Notes: a model not told the origin generated them from the sequence alone. Numbered from the stretch's first letter, positions 14,339 through 27,621 are shown. The stretch: 64,000 nt of DNA from Octopus vulgaris (GCA_951406725.2 OX597818.1:55366001-55430000); one strand, 5' to 3'. Made by a program: numbers and translations.

Positions 14339-17104
14339 ATAATAAATATTAGGGAATAAACTACACTCTCGGAGTGGTTGGCGTTAGGAAGGGCATCCAG
14401 CTGTAGAAACACTGCCACATCTGACTGGCCTGGTGCAGCCTTCGGGCTTCCCAGACCCCAGTTGAACCGTCCAACCCATGCTAGCATGGAAAGCGGACGT
14501 TAAACGATGATGATGATGATGATGAAATCCAAATTTACAGGGAAAAAAAAATCAGATTTAGGATTAAATCCAATTTTATAGTAAAATATTATAAAATATT
14601 ATTAGAGACAAAACCACTATTTTGCAAAACAAACAAGGAAAGACTTAATCAATACATAAAATTTTAATAAATAGTCATATATATATATGTGTGTGTGGGT
14701 GTGTATGTCTTTGTGTTTGTTCCCTCCTCTGCTTGATAACCTGTGTTGGTGTGTTTATGTCCCCATCAGATAGAATGAGTACAGGCTTTAAAAAATAGGT
14801 TACTGGGGTCAGTTCACTGAACAAAGTATTCTTCGATGCTCTGCCCCAGCATGGCCACAGTCTAATGACTAAAACGAGTAATATATATACATATATATAG
14901 GAAATGCACATGTGTGTATGTGCTTGCATACATTCGCATTTGTAAAAAGCAGTCGTCCAACAAAGTCTTGGCTGCGACAGAAAACAACGAAGTAAAGAAC
15001 CCTGTGTGTGTGTGTGTGTGTGTGTGTGTGCACTTGCTTGTTTATGTGTACGTGTGTGTATGTATGTATTGACAAATCTCCTGATTCCGCTCCTTGTAAT
15101 TCTGCAAGAGGAAGTGTGAAGATATCAATTACACTTCAAGTGTGCTCTTAGTTAAAGCAGGAATTCTGAACAGTCGCTAATTAGTGTCGAGAGCAGTGGC
15201 AGCTACCATTATTCCATGGCTTGGTGTTGAATGAGGATCGGTAGATAGGGTTACAGTGCAGTTTTAAGGGACCTTAGCGAAGCCCCTGTCTTGCATGACA
15301 CTCAAGTAAACCGTCGATATTTCCGTGGACAGTAGAGTGTTGTGTCCTGTCTCTTATCCTGGGATGAGACAGTTGGGCGCAGCTGTTTGGGTGCTGAGGT
15401 TTTGGCATGGCTGATTGGCTATTAAACATGTTTTGGCAATTGTACTGGAAGCAAAAACATGCATGCACACGTGTGCATGCCTGCAGTTGTGTGTGTTGTA
15501 ATCAAAGGAAATCTGATTGTGAGACACAAGTTCTCTCTCACTCTCTCTTCTTTTCTGTCCCTCTCCACACAGACCCCCAACTGGTTACTCCCAGATAGGG
15601 GAATATGCTACAAGGTGCAAGCAAAGTATAAGGTTTTAGTTTAGCCCAAGGTCAGCCTTTATCAAGCAAAATACGCAGGAGTGGCTGTATGGTAAGTAGC
15701 TTGCTTACCAACCACATGGTTCCGGATTCAGTCCCACTGCATGGCACCTTGGGCAAGTGTCTTCTACTATATAGCCTCCTGCCGACCAAAGCCTTGTGAG
15801 TGGATTTGGTAGACGGAAACTGAAAGAAGCCTGTTGTATATATATATATATGTGTTTGTCCCCCCAACATCGCTTGACAACCGATGCTGGTGTGTTTACG
15901 TCTCTGTAACTTAGTAGTTCGGTAAAAGAGACTGATAGAATAAGTACTAGGCTTACAAAGAATAAGTCCTGGGGTCAATTTGCTCGACTAAAAGCAGTGC
16001 TCCAGCATGGCCACAGTCAAATGACTGAAACAAGTAAAAGAGCAAAATACCTATGATCCAAAGTGATCATCTTGTCTTTTTCCCTGTATCCATGACTATA
16101 TTTTATATAATGCTATTTTGTTCTTTGTTTATTTTTTTAAAATAGGGTTTAAATATGATTTGAGGGAGTTTTAGTTGCTGTTTGTTGTAACAGGTAATCT
16201 TCTCAATAGCAAGGTATCAGTGCTTGTCCATTGTCCTTTTATCATACTTTAACCTCTCAACACTTGGCATAAAACCACTTCCTCCTTTCAAATGCTTCTC
16301 CTCTCTTTGTCGAGGAGTTTTTTTTTTTTCCTTTTTCCTGGGGTTTTATTTTTCTGTTTTGTGAATTACTCAAGAATTTCAACAATGCAGGTCGCATGGG
16401 AAAAAAAATTCCTTGTCCACACTGTAAAGTGGTTGGTGTTAGTAGGAAGGGCATCTGGTCGTAGAAACCACATCAGAGCTGACATTCGGGTTCCATGCAG
16501 CCTTGCAGATTGCTGGATCCTTTTGAACCTTTAAATCCATTGCGGTATGAACATGGACCCTAAATGACGATGACGATGATGGTGATGCTGCACACATACT
16601 CCCGGCCCTGGGTTGTGTTGCACAAACACATCATTCCTCCACACTGCTCCCCCCCCTCCCCGTATGTCCTCACTTGCAGCAATCTGGCCAATGTCCAAAA
16701 TACTTCCTGCAACCATTTCGTTAATTGATTAGTATAAGTTACCAGAAGATGTATGTTTGTATGCATGTGTGGGGGTGGAGAGGGATGGGGTTATTAGTTA
16801 CATTGCTGACACCAGATGGAGCTGTGAGCTGCTATGTACATAACAAACTATTCTCTCATTCTCTTCCTGACACCGGGTTCAGATGTTTCCTATTCCCTTT
16901 CAACTGCCAAAGTGTCTGCTGTACCCAATGAACTCAACAACCCATCTATAGTAGTACACAGCTCCAGTACCTACGCCCCCACACCCCAAAACACACACAC
17001 ATCAACACCCCAAACTCTTCCATTCCACCACCACCATCACCACTGGCTAGCAACCCAATACATACAGCTTCTAATATGAATATGCCCATAAGTGTGTCTA
17101 TATA

Positions 17105-17432
17105 TCTCTCTATATATAAACAGCAGTTTGTCTGTGTGTGTGTCTGTTAGGTTGTACCCTCACCCTGACCACGGCTTTCAACCGATTCTGATGAAACTTG
17201 ACACACACATAGCCCAATGTCATAATTCAAAACTAACGCAGCGAAAATTTTGAAAAGTTCCCCCAATTCTGAAAAAATCGATAAATTCGACATGGGGTCG
17301 AGAATCAGAAACACAAACCACAGACTGTCTAGGGGACGCAACTCGACCTTTTAACTCTCAAAAAAAAATTTACCTAAATGCTTTATAGTTATTTCCCTTA
17401 CAAACCCGAGCAACGCCGGGTGATACTGCTAG
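17105..17432 (+). mobile_element. Non-autonomous Helitron
   Basis: 5' TC, subterminal hairpin cccgagcaacgccggg, 3' CTAG, inserted between A and T. Confidence 0.8.
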
Positions 17433-17552
17433 TATATATATATATATATATAGTTAATCCAAACAAGAAAACACAAAAAAAACAAGAAAAACGTGAGGAC
17501 GTGGAACAAATAAAGTATTATTGGACGCTCAGGAAAGAAGGGAAGAATGAGG

Positions 17553-17587
17553 GTTTAACGTTTCGAGCAGAGCTCTTCGTCGGAAAC
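17553..17587 (-). ncRNA. Minimal hammerhead-like motif, variant core (U4C)
   Basis: Minus strand: gttt-CCGACGAA-gagc(tct)gctc-GAAACGTT-aaac. Confidence 0.55.
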
Positions 17588-17663
17588 ATAGAAGGAAAGA
17601 CCCCGAGAAGGGAAGACAGAGGAAAAAAATCGCCAGTGGTACTCACGAGGTCACATTTTGAAA

Positions 17664-17709
<46 letters not shown>

Positions 17710-18669
17710 GTGTGTGTGTATATAATATAGGAGTGGCTGTGTGGTAAGTAGCTTGCTTCCCAGCCACACGGTTCCGGGTTCAGTCCCACTGTGTGGCACT
17801 TTGGCCAAGTGTCTTCTACTATATAGCATCAACTCAGAACGTAACAGCAGACGAAATATGGCTACGCATTTCGCCCAGCATGCTAATGTGTCTGCCAGCT
17901 TGCCACACTCTTTGGTGAGCTGGTAGAAACGTTAGCACGCCGGGTGAAATGCTTAGCAGTATTTCGTCCGCGTTACGTTGTGAGTTCAAATTCCGCCGAG
18001 GTCGACTCTGCCTTTCATCCTTTCGGGGTCGATAAATTAAGTACCAGTTACGCACTGGTGTCGATGTAATCGACTTAATACCTATGTCTGTCCTTGTTTG
18101 TCCCCCCCCCCTGTGTTTAGCCCCTTGTGGGTAGTAAAGAAATAGCTATACTGTATTTGAACCTAACTCTGCCCTAATCCTGCTGGGGTTCATAAAATAA
18201 GGAATCAGTGAAGAGCTGAGCCTGTATAAAATTTAGCTGTTCCCTACCCCAGAAATCTGAATGACTTGTTTGTATATTTTATAAGAATGTTTACTTCTTG
18301 AAAGATGTACAAGTGGTTAGTTTTGTTGTTGTTGTTGTTTATGCTAGAAATTTCTAGTTTTGCCCTGAAGATTTATTTTACCCCAGTTTTTGTTTATTAG
18401 CAGAAGATAATTGGTCAAAGAGTGGTGGTGGTAGTTGTTGCTTTTATTTCACTGGTGACATAGTTTTTTTTTTATTTATATATTTTGTTTTTTCTATTGT
18501 TATTACTGAACACTTGGGATGGGCTTTATTGGCACATCTCCATACACACAGCATTAACGATGCCCTGACATATCCACACACACATACACACACACATGTA
18601 AATGTCAGGGAAGCATAAGTATTAAAGCTAGTAAAGGATAAGTCTGATTCAGATGTCTGAGGAGCATCT

Positions 18670-19190
18670 ATTGTGGACCACCTCAAGGCTGCCCCAATTC
18701 TTTTCAAGGCTGGTTCATCATTGGTCTGAAGAGCATTTAATCTGGGCTACCTTAGGGCTGCCTCAATTCAAGGCAGCTACAATGATGACCTGAACAGCAA
18801 ATAGTCTGGGCTACCTTAGCGCTGCTCCAATTCTATTCAAGGCAAGTACATGGTATATAAGGGTCTGAACATCTTGCCTGGGCTGCCTCAATTCAAGGCA
18901 GCTATGACAATGACCTGAGCAGCAAATAGTCAGGGCTGCCTCAACTGTAATCAAAATTGCTAAACTCTGATCTTGGCAGCATCTAGAATGGGCTACCTTA
19001 GGGCTGCCCCAATTCTGTTCAAGGCTAAGTAAGTAGTACATGGTACATAAGGGTCTGAACAACATCTTATCTGGGCTGCCTCAATTCAGGCAGCTACAAT
19101 GATGACCTGAACAGCAAATAGTCAGGGCTGCCTCAACTGTAATCAACATTGCTAAATTCTGGCAGCATCTAGTATGGGCTACCTCCAGGT
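18670..19190 (+). repeat. Diverged higher-order minisatellite (gggctgcctcaa core)
   Basis: The core recurs eight times at 51-72 bp spacing; a block of about 185 bp is duplicated. Confidence 0.8.
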
Positions 19191-20109
19191 TACTTCAGCA
19201 TATTCTGAAAGGGTTGCTAAAAGTCACACTGTACTGAGAACTACTAAACGCCAGCTGCTACAGTTTTAGTTGAGGTAGGTAAGGACATCTAGATACTTCC
19301 TAATGTGGGCTGCTGCAGTAATGGTTGTGGTGGGCCAAGTGGTGTGTAGCAACAAGCCCTACCACCAGTTAATCAAACACACACACACATACACACGGAC
19401 ATGTGTGTGTGTGTGGACACTTATACATATCAACACATGCACCCTTATATACTTATACACACACACACACACTCATACATGGAGTGAGCTGCTTAAAATA
19501 TAATGAATATGTCCCTCTTCAGATTTGGGTGTGGAAGTGTGCAAGGCATGCTGGGTAGCAATTAAGTGGAGGATTTTTTTTTCTCTCCATCTCGGTAGTC
19601 CCCCCCCCCCTCCGGCTACACCACCACCACCACCACCACTGCTGTCTGGAATGGTGTAATTATAGAGAGGGGCTATTGTGGGTGGATTTGTTTGTATGTG
19701 TGAGTATGAGTTAGGTATCCATATGTATGCGTGAGTATCCATATGCGTGTGTATGAGTATCTGTGTGTGTGTGTGTGTGCTCATGTACATATATGCAAAC
19801 CTCCCGCGCACACACACACACACACACAGTCTTCGTCCCTTCCTTGAACTTTATAGTGTAATGTTTTTAATGCACAAGTTTGATCTAGTTACCAATTATA
19901 GGACAGCCAGCCTCAGCACAGCTTAATGGTTCCATGTTGCCCATTATCTTAAAAATTGGGGTGGGGGTAGCCGGAGAGAGGGGAGCGGGGAATGATGAGC
20001 TGTGGAGATGGAGGAGGGGCAGATAGGATAGATACCTTGTGTGGTTCTTCCCTCTACCCCCACTCCTAGTCACCCCCCCCCTGCTTCTACATATCCAGTA
20101 AGCTTTCAA

Positions 20110-20144
<35 letters not shown>

Positions 20145-20580
20145 GTGTCTCACTCTTGCTGTTACTCTCTTTTTCTCTCTCTCTTTCTCTCTCTCTTGTC
20201 ACTTGTAGAAAAATATAGCTTGAGTAAATCATTTCAACTTTATACTTTTAACATCTCCCATTCACAAGCCGACCACGACCACCACCACTACCACCACCTC
20301 TCTTACTTAATGTCTGCTCTTTGTCACCACTGGCGTGGTAGATGAGTTGGGCAAATGTATCATCATCATCATCATCATCATTAATATTTGCACTAACACA
20401 CTGCCCTTCAATTTCCTTAACACCATTTTTCAATTCTTTTCTTCATAATTCATCAACTACTATTAACCCCCACTTCGAGTATTTCGTCCTTTGCAAGTCC
20501 CCCTCCACCCATCTTGAAGTTTTCTTTTGAATTAAAAAAAAAAAATTGTAACTGCTATTACTGCTGCTACTATTACTTTA

Positions 20581-20622
<42 letters not shown>

Positions 20623-21579
20623 CCTCATCATAAGGCAGGGAGCTGGCAGAATTGTTAGCATGCAGGATGAAAATGCTTAACGGTATTTTGCCCATCACTA
20701 CATTCCAAGATCATTACACCGAGGTCAACTTTGCCTTTCATCCTTTCGGGGTTGATTAAATAAGTACCAGTTACGCACTGGGGTTGATGTAATTGACTTA
20801 GTCCCTACCCCCAAAATTTGAGGCCTTGTGCTTCCAGTAGAAAGGATTATTATTATTACTATTATTATTATTAGTAGTAGTAGTAGTAGTAGTAGTATCA
20901 TATGGTGATGAGCTGGCGGAATCGTTAGTACACAGGACGAAATGCTTAGAGGTATTTCAGCCATCACTATGTTCCGAGTTCAAATTCTGCCAAGGTCGAC
21001 TTTTGCTTTTCATCCTTTCAGGGTCGATAAATTAAGTACCAGTGAAACACTAGGGTCGATGTAATCGACTAGTCCCCTCCCCCAAAATGTCAGGACTTGT
21101 GTCTACAGTAGATAAGATTATTATTATTGTTATTATTATTGTGAGCTGGCAGAATCACTAGCACGCCGGATGAAATGCCAAGTGGCATTTCGTCTGTTTT
21201 TTACTTTCTGAATTCAAATGCTCCCAAGATTGATAAAATAAGCACCAGTCATGTACTGGGGTTAATGTTATTGACTAGCCCTTCCCTCCCCAAATTTCAA
21301 GCCTTGTGCCTTTAGTAGAAAGGATTATTATTATTTATTATTATTTTCTTTCAATTCTGTTTCCATTTCTTGCCAAGTGTCTTCCTGACACCTAGGACAG
21401 AGAAACTCGCTGTATACAGTCATTGGTAGGTCATTAAAATAAACACACCATATTGTTCGTTTACAAAGTCATGTGATAGAGAAAAAGGAAAAAATGAGAA
21501 AAAAGGTAAACAAAGAAGATGAAGGGGGGAAAAAAGATAGAAAATTTACAGTGATAATGCTCTTATTATTATTATTATT

Positions 21580-22050
21580 AGACAAGACAAAGGGTGTGAT
21601 GTGATTTCAATAGATATTTTATTGGTTAAACAATATTTCGACAGCAAGTCTGTCTTTGTCGAGTTCAAAATAAAATGTGATAGAAATTCAAATCTTAAGT
21701 ATGAACGAGGGCAACCAGTGTACTTTGAATGGTACAAAATCCATTGGCTCAGGATTGGGCTCTACACAGGGGGGTTCTAGCTAAACTAACAAGGCTGACA
21801 AGCCAACTGTAAGAAGGAATAAAATGCAAAAACTAATTTCGCTAGACCCCAGTCTTGAGCCCAATCCTGGGCCAATGGATTTTGTACCATTCAAATACAC
21901 TGGTTGCTCTCATTCATACTTGAGATATGAATTTCTGTAATTTTGAATTTTTATCACTTTTTATTTTGAACCTGACAAAAACAGGCTTACTGTTGAAATA
22001 TCATTCAACCAGTAAAATATTGCAATCGCACTGCACTCTTTATCTTGTCT
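21580..22050. mobile_element. Fold-back element in the Ets intron
   Basis: Imperfect arms of about 200 bp. 21724-21762 pairs with 21857-21895 almost perfectly. Flanked by (TTA)n. Confidence 0.75.
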
Positions 22051-23369
22051 GTTTACCTTTGTGAAGAGTTGTTATTATTATTATTATTATTGCTCCTGTG
22101 CAGGTGGCACGTAAAAAACACCACTTGAGCGTGGCCGTTGCCAGTACCACCTGACTGGCCCTTGTGCCGGTGGCACGTAAAACGCACCCACTACACTCTC
22201 GGAGTGGTTGGCATTAGGAAGGACATCCAGCTGTAGAAACTGCCAGATCAGATTGGAGCCTGTTGCAGCCATCTGGTTTGCCAGACCTCAGTCAAATCAT
22301 CCAACCCATGCTAGCATGGAAAGCAGATGTTAAATGATGATCATCATCATTATTATTATTATTATTATGGCAATGAGATGGCTGAATCGTTAACATGTCA
22401 GGCAAAATACATAACAGCATTTCTTCCAGCTCTTCACATTCTGAGTTCAAATTCCACCAAGGTTGATGTACTTAACTTATACCCCTCCCCTCAAAATTTT
22501 CGGCCTTGTAACAAGATTACTCTCCCTGCCTTTGTTTAGTGTTTTAACCTGGTACTTCTCCTATCCGACATCTTGAGGACTGGACTCCATCTAGTGGTGG
22601 CAGCAGACGATTATCTCCCACTAGTGATATATACACAAGTGCTTCTATGCACCACAAGTTCATACGAAAGGCTCTCTCTTAATAAGTAATGCAGTATTCT
22701 GTGTTCTAACACAACATCCACTTCTAAGGAAAGATAAATATTACCTTTTGGTATTAAATACTCCTTCTGTCATTATTAATCATTTAAAAAAAATGTTTCA
22801 GTTGTCACTGCTACTATTACTGTTAATGTTATAATTGTCGTTAGTATTATGCTAAATATACATGGTGGAAATTCCACTGCTTTGGTGAAATATTTGCTCT
22901 ATCTTATTGATGTGTATATCTCATACCATTGCGATAAGCCACTCCTGATAAGTAAACAATAACCAGATCTTAACATTTCACTGTTTATTGTTACAAATTA
23001 CTTATGAAGTTGTTACAACCAAACAAATGATCTTGTACAACAATGAATGTGTATGAGTATGTGTATGTATGTGTGGATTGATTTCTAAACTAGAAATAAA
23101 AGTTTGGGAAAAAAATTGTTTATAAATCTCTCGGTGAAAAGAAACAGGGAAGTGAAAAAATACAATGGTCAGTTTCTGAACTGAACAGGTCGTATAGAAG
23201 TTTGCTGCCAAGTAGACTGCAGTTTTTGAATACTGTGACACCGGAACATGGATAGCTTCAGGGAATTTCTCTAGTGTTAACTGCTGAAAAGAACCACTAA
23301 AATATATTTACTTCAAAAGTGGGTTTCTCTTAAGATATAACAAGGAAGAAAAAAAACAGAAACGAGCAT

Positions 23370-23619
23370 AATTCAATTTCCCTTGCTTATTTGCTGTAAA
23401 ACATCATTTTCAAGAGATCTATATCCTGTTTAATTTTGTGTAACCAAACAGTATTTTCTGTCCATTCCTCTCAACTCGGTAAAGCACAGCTCTCAATTCA
23501 ATTTCCCTTGCTTATTTGCTGTAAAACATCATTTTCAAGAGATCTATATCCTGTTTAATTTTGTGTAACCAAACAGTATTTTCTGGCCATTCCTCTCAAC
23601 TCGGTAAAGCACAGCTCTC
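23370..23619 (+). repeat. Tandem duplication, 2 x 125 bp
   Basis: aattcaatttcccttgc at 23370 and 23495; one substitution seen. Confidence 0.95.
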
Positions 23620-24742
23620 TCTCTCTTTCTAAATTCTTTAGTTCGTAAAGGATATATATTTCTTTACTGCCCACAAGGGGCTAAGCATAGAGGGGACAAA
23701 CAAGGACAGACAAACGGATTACATCAACCCCAGTGCGAAACTGGTACTTTATTTATCGACCCCGAAAGGATGAAAGGCAAAGTCAACCTTGGCGGAATTT
23801 GAACTCATAACGTTAAGACAGACGAAATACCTATTTCTTTATTGCCCACAAGGGGCTAAACACAGAGGGGACAAACAAGGGCAGACAAAAGGATTGAGTC
23901 GATTACATCAACCCCAGTGCGTAACTGGTACTTATTTAATCGACCCCGAAAGGATGAAAGGCAAAGTCGACCTCGGCGGAATTTGAACTCGGAATGTAAC
24001 GACAGACAAAATACCGCTAAGCATTCCGCCCGGCGTGCTAACGTTTCTGCCAGCTCGCCCGCCTCAAATGATATAGCAAACCAAACAACACATAAATATC
24101 AAATATTATATACATCTGATCTCGAAAACAGCAAAAGGATATTTTCAATAGCTGATGGACAACTGATCAAAGGAGGATTATTTTTTAGTATTCAACAGAA
24201 TACTTTGGCATCTCATACTGAACTTACGAAAGAGTAAATACGGAATGGTACCAGGTGCTGGCCAAACTGTCAGGCAGCCAAATTTCAATGCTCAGAATTT
24301 ACCCTTGAGGAATTTACTAGTGCTAAATCTTGGATAACAAAAGGGTCTTTTAATGTTCCTGGGTGGATCTTGAGTTACACTGTGAGCAACATCAGATGTT
24401 AGCTGTTTCCTAACTAAAAAACTTGAGGTAAAAATCCAACTTAATCTCTTCTAAGCTGCCATTTTTTAAAAACTATATATGTCCAATATTTGTGTATGTA
24501 TGTTTGTTTGTTTGTGTGTGTGTGTCTTTTACATTTTCTACAATGAAAGTGATTTATTGTTTAACCCCCTAATTTCCAGTTACGCATTAAGTGAAATAGT
24601 TGAACAACTTTCTCTCAGCTCCTCGTTTATTATTTACCAGCTTAAGTCCCTTGATATTATATCACTCTCCTAATTCTTCCTGATCTGGGTGAAATCAATT
24701 AGAAAGAAAGAAAGAAAAAAATCTGTTTTGTTCCCATTTCAG

Positions 24743-24841
24743 AAGCAAGCCAGGAAAGAGCCTTTCTCTGCAATGTGCCTCCAAACTTTAGTGAGCCTGT
24801 GTGCATGCCAGATATCAGCGACAACTATCTCCAACAGAATA
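24743..24841 (+). CDS. Ets1/2: Ets1/2 coding exon C
   Basis: Strong acceptor ttttgttcccatttcAG and donor GTGAGT; 99 nt, open in phase 1: EASQERAFLCNVPPNFSEPVCMPDISDNYLQQN. Not in the ORF track in this frame. Confidence 0.8.
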
Positions 24842-25216
24842 GTGAGTTACTTCCCCTATCTATCCACTCTTTAGATAAGAAAACAATAAGTAGTCGTAAA
24901 GCTCTTTTTTTTTTAATTTACTGACAATTTTATTTATTTTCCTTAATCATTTCTTTAATTTTTTTTTTTGTAATTAATTACTCTTGACATTTTAGCTTGA
25001 GTGAATAACTGATGTGTGTGACTGCCAAACTTTCAGAATACATAATTTTAAATTAATATACGGCTAAATTGACACTTTGAGGAATTTAGTGATAGTCTGT
25101 CTGCAACACTTAAAGAACAATTGGAGAGTTGAAAGAAACGGTGTCTTGAGGAGTTAAGAATCAAATGTTTCAAGTTTCCACCTTTCATCAGAGATTGACA
25201 AAGAGAAAGAAAATGG

Positions 25217-25633
25217 GGATCTTTTCAGTTTGACTGACAGTTTTTTCTAGCGGTGTCATATGAAATTGTCACCCATAATTATGACCCTAGTATCGATCTA
25301 TTGCATTTCAATCTGCTTTAGGATTAGGGTTAGGGGTGGGGGGAAGGGTATCTTTTTTCTTCAGAAATGTAAATAAACCCAATCTGTTTCTTAAACGAGG
25401 GACATATTCATACGGCACAGAATGTTTTCACCTCAATAGACATCATTGATTTGTTGAAATTGCAGAAATTGAAGAAAAAAAAACAACAAATATCTTACAA
25501 ACTATAGAATTTTCTCAAGACAACCAAGAGAAAAAGATGTTTTATTAACACATTCTACCAGTATACGAAGTTTAAAAGTGTTTAGTTATGTGGAAATTAT
25601 TTTAAAAAACTGCCGGTCATACCGAAAAGATCC
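25217..25633. mobile_element. MITE with GGATC termini and an 8-bp TSD
   Basis: TIR ggatcttttc...gaaaagatcc; exact TSD gaaaatgg at 25209-25216 and 25634-25641. Confidence 0.85.
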
Positions 25634-26469
25634 GAAAATGGTTTTGTCACTTAGCTGCTGTAGCATGGCCAGCTTACTGTAACATCAGTTCTTTTAATGT
25701 CTACTTTTCCATAATTGCATGAGTCAGACAGAATTTGTGGAAGCAAATTTCCTATAACCAAATTCCCTTCCTGTTGCCAACCAAATGACAAAATCATTTC
25801 CTTTCTTTCTCTGATGAAAGACAAAAAATTGGAAATGTTATATTCTTCATTCCTCGTGGCAGTTGGTCTTGCTGATTTCTTCTAGAAACTCTCCTATTAA
25901 ATAAATATAGATTATTCCTCTGAAACTAGTTTCCAAAAGAGAAAATCCCTTTAGGTCTTGGATGCCATTATTTGCAACCATTGTTTTAGTTCTTCAAATT
26001 CCCCCCCCCCCCCCCATTGGTTTCCAGATGTTTCATTTCATTTAGTGTCTTGGTTTCCAATGTTGCTCAGTAAATTGACTTTGTGTCCGGTTCCTCAATG
26101 CACCCCCCACCCCCACCCAGCAAAACCCCCATTCCGTCCCCACCCCACTTTCTCTTACTCCCTTTACTAACAACACATTTCCACAATGAATATTGTTCTT
26201 GACGTTGTTGTTGTTGTTGTTGTTCTCATTGTTTTAGTTGTTGTCGTTATTTTTTTTTATTCTTCTTCCCCCCTCCCCCCTTTGTTTCTCCGTTGTTTAC
26301 TTTCGCAGTTTGTGCAGAGGAAAAAAACATCTTAGAACTTACCCCCATCGGAGCAGTCACATTCACAGTTACCAAATTTCTTTCTTTCCTTTCACACACA
26401 CAAATAACAGTTTTAAGCCCAATTCCTTAAAAGTTTTTTTTTTTTTTCTTCTTTTTTGCTTTCTTTCAG

Positions 26470-26553
26470 ACTATCACAGTGACCTCTCCATGCCTCATCA
26501 ATTACATATGGCTAATAACAACAATGGCAACGGCCAACCCTATATACCAGAAG
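26470..26553 (+). CDS. Ets1/2: Ets1/2 coding exon D
   Basis: Long polypyrimidine tract then ttcAG, donor GTCAGC; 84 nt, phase 1-1: NYHSDLSMPHQLHMANNNNGNGQPYIPE. Confidence 0.72.
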
Positions 26554-27621
26554 GTCAGCAATTTTGTTTCATATCCCTCCTTCTTGACCCTTTTGATACC
26601 ACCCTACCTGCAACCGTCCCTAGTTCTGTGATACAAACTTCCTGCTTAACCCATCAGTTCTCAGATTCATCATCATCATCATCATCATCGTTTAACGTCC
26701 GCTTTCCATGCTAGCATGGGTTGGACGGTTCAACTGGGGTCTGGGAAGCTTGAAGGCTGCACCAGGCCAGTCAGATCTGGCAGTGTTTCTACAGCTGGAT
26801 GCCCTTCCTAACGCCAACCACTCCGAGAGTGTAGTGGGTGATTTTATGTACCACCGACACAGGTGCCAGACGAGGCTGGCAGACGGCCACGCTCGGATGG
26901 TGTTTTCTTATGTGTCACCGACACAGGTGCCAGACGACGCTGGCGAACGGCCACGCTCAGATCTCTGCCAAATGGAATATCTTGTAACCGTGAGATTTCA
27001 GTGATGTGATTTTTTTACTTTTAGAATGACATTGTAGGATAGGTGTGAGAGGCTGGATCTGGACAGTTTGATTATAAAACACAGGTGGAATATTTGGGCC
27101 AGGTAGCAGTTATTCTACTAAATTCTTTATTTTCAATATTGAATGTAGGTGCGGGCATGGCTGTGTGGTTAGGGAGCTTGCTTCCTAGCTATATGGTTTC
27201 AGGTTCAGTCCCACTGCGTGGCACTCTGGGTAGGTGTCTTCCACTATAGCCCCGAGCCGACCGGAGCTTTGTGATTGAATTCGGTAGGTGGAAGTTACTG
27301 CCGTGTGTGTATGTGTGCGTATAGCTGCTCAGTGCCTCTCCGAAAGAGAGAGAGGGGGAATGACACAGGTGTGGAAATGTGGTAACAAAATGGTTAATGT
27401 GTGCTTGAATGACTAATTAAACTTACCTGTTTCTTTATTACCCACAAGGGGCTAAACATAGAGAGGACAAACAAGGACAGACAAATGGATTAAGTCGATT
27501 ATATCGACCCCAGTGTGTAACTGGTACTTATTTAATCAACCCCGATTAAATATATACTCTGATTGAGTGTATAAACAGTTTGGTTGCTTGTTTCCCTGGA
27601 GACTGTCAGAATTATGTAGAT

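Noticed and set aside
18670-19190. CRISPR-like repeat-spacer array
   Set aside because: Eukaryotic context, short degenerate repeats, spacers that repeat one another, and no cas genes.
22540-22685. Extra Ets exon
   Set aside because: The protein-like frame has a stop just after the only acceptor, and the phase does not fit the phase-1 chain.
25805-25845. CTGATGA..GAAATGTTA candidate (similar weak cases at about 40975 and 44150)
   Set aside because: Stems I and II are not supportable; at best heavily decayed.
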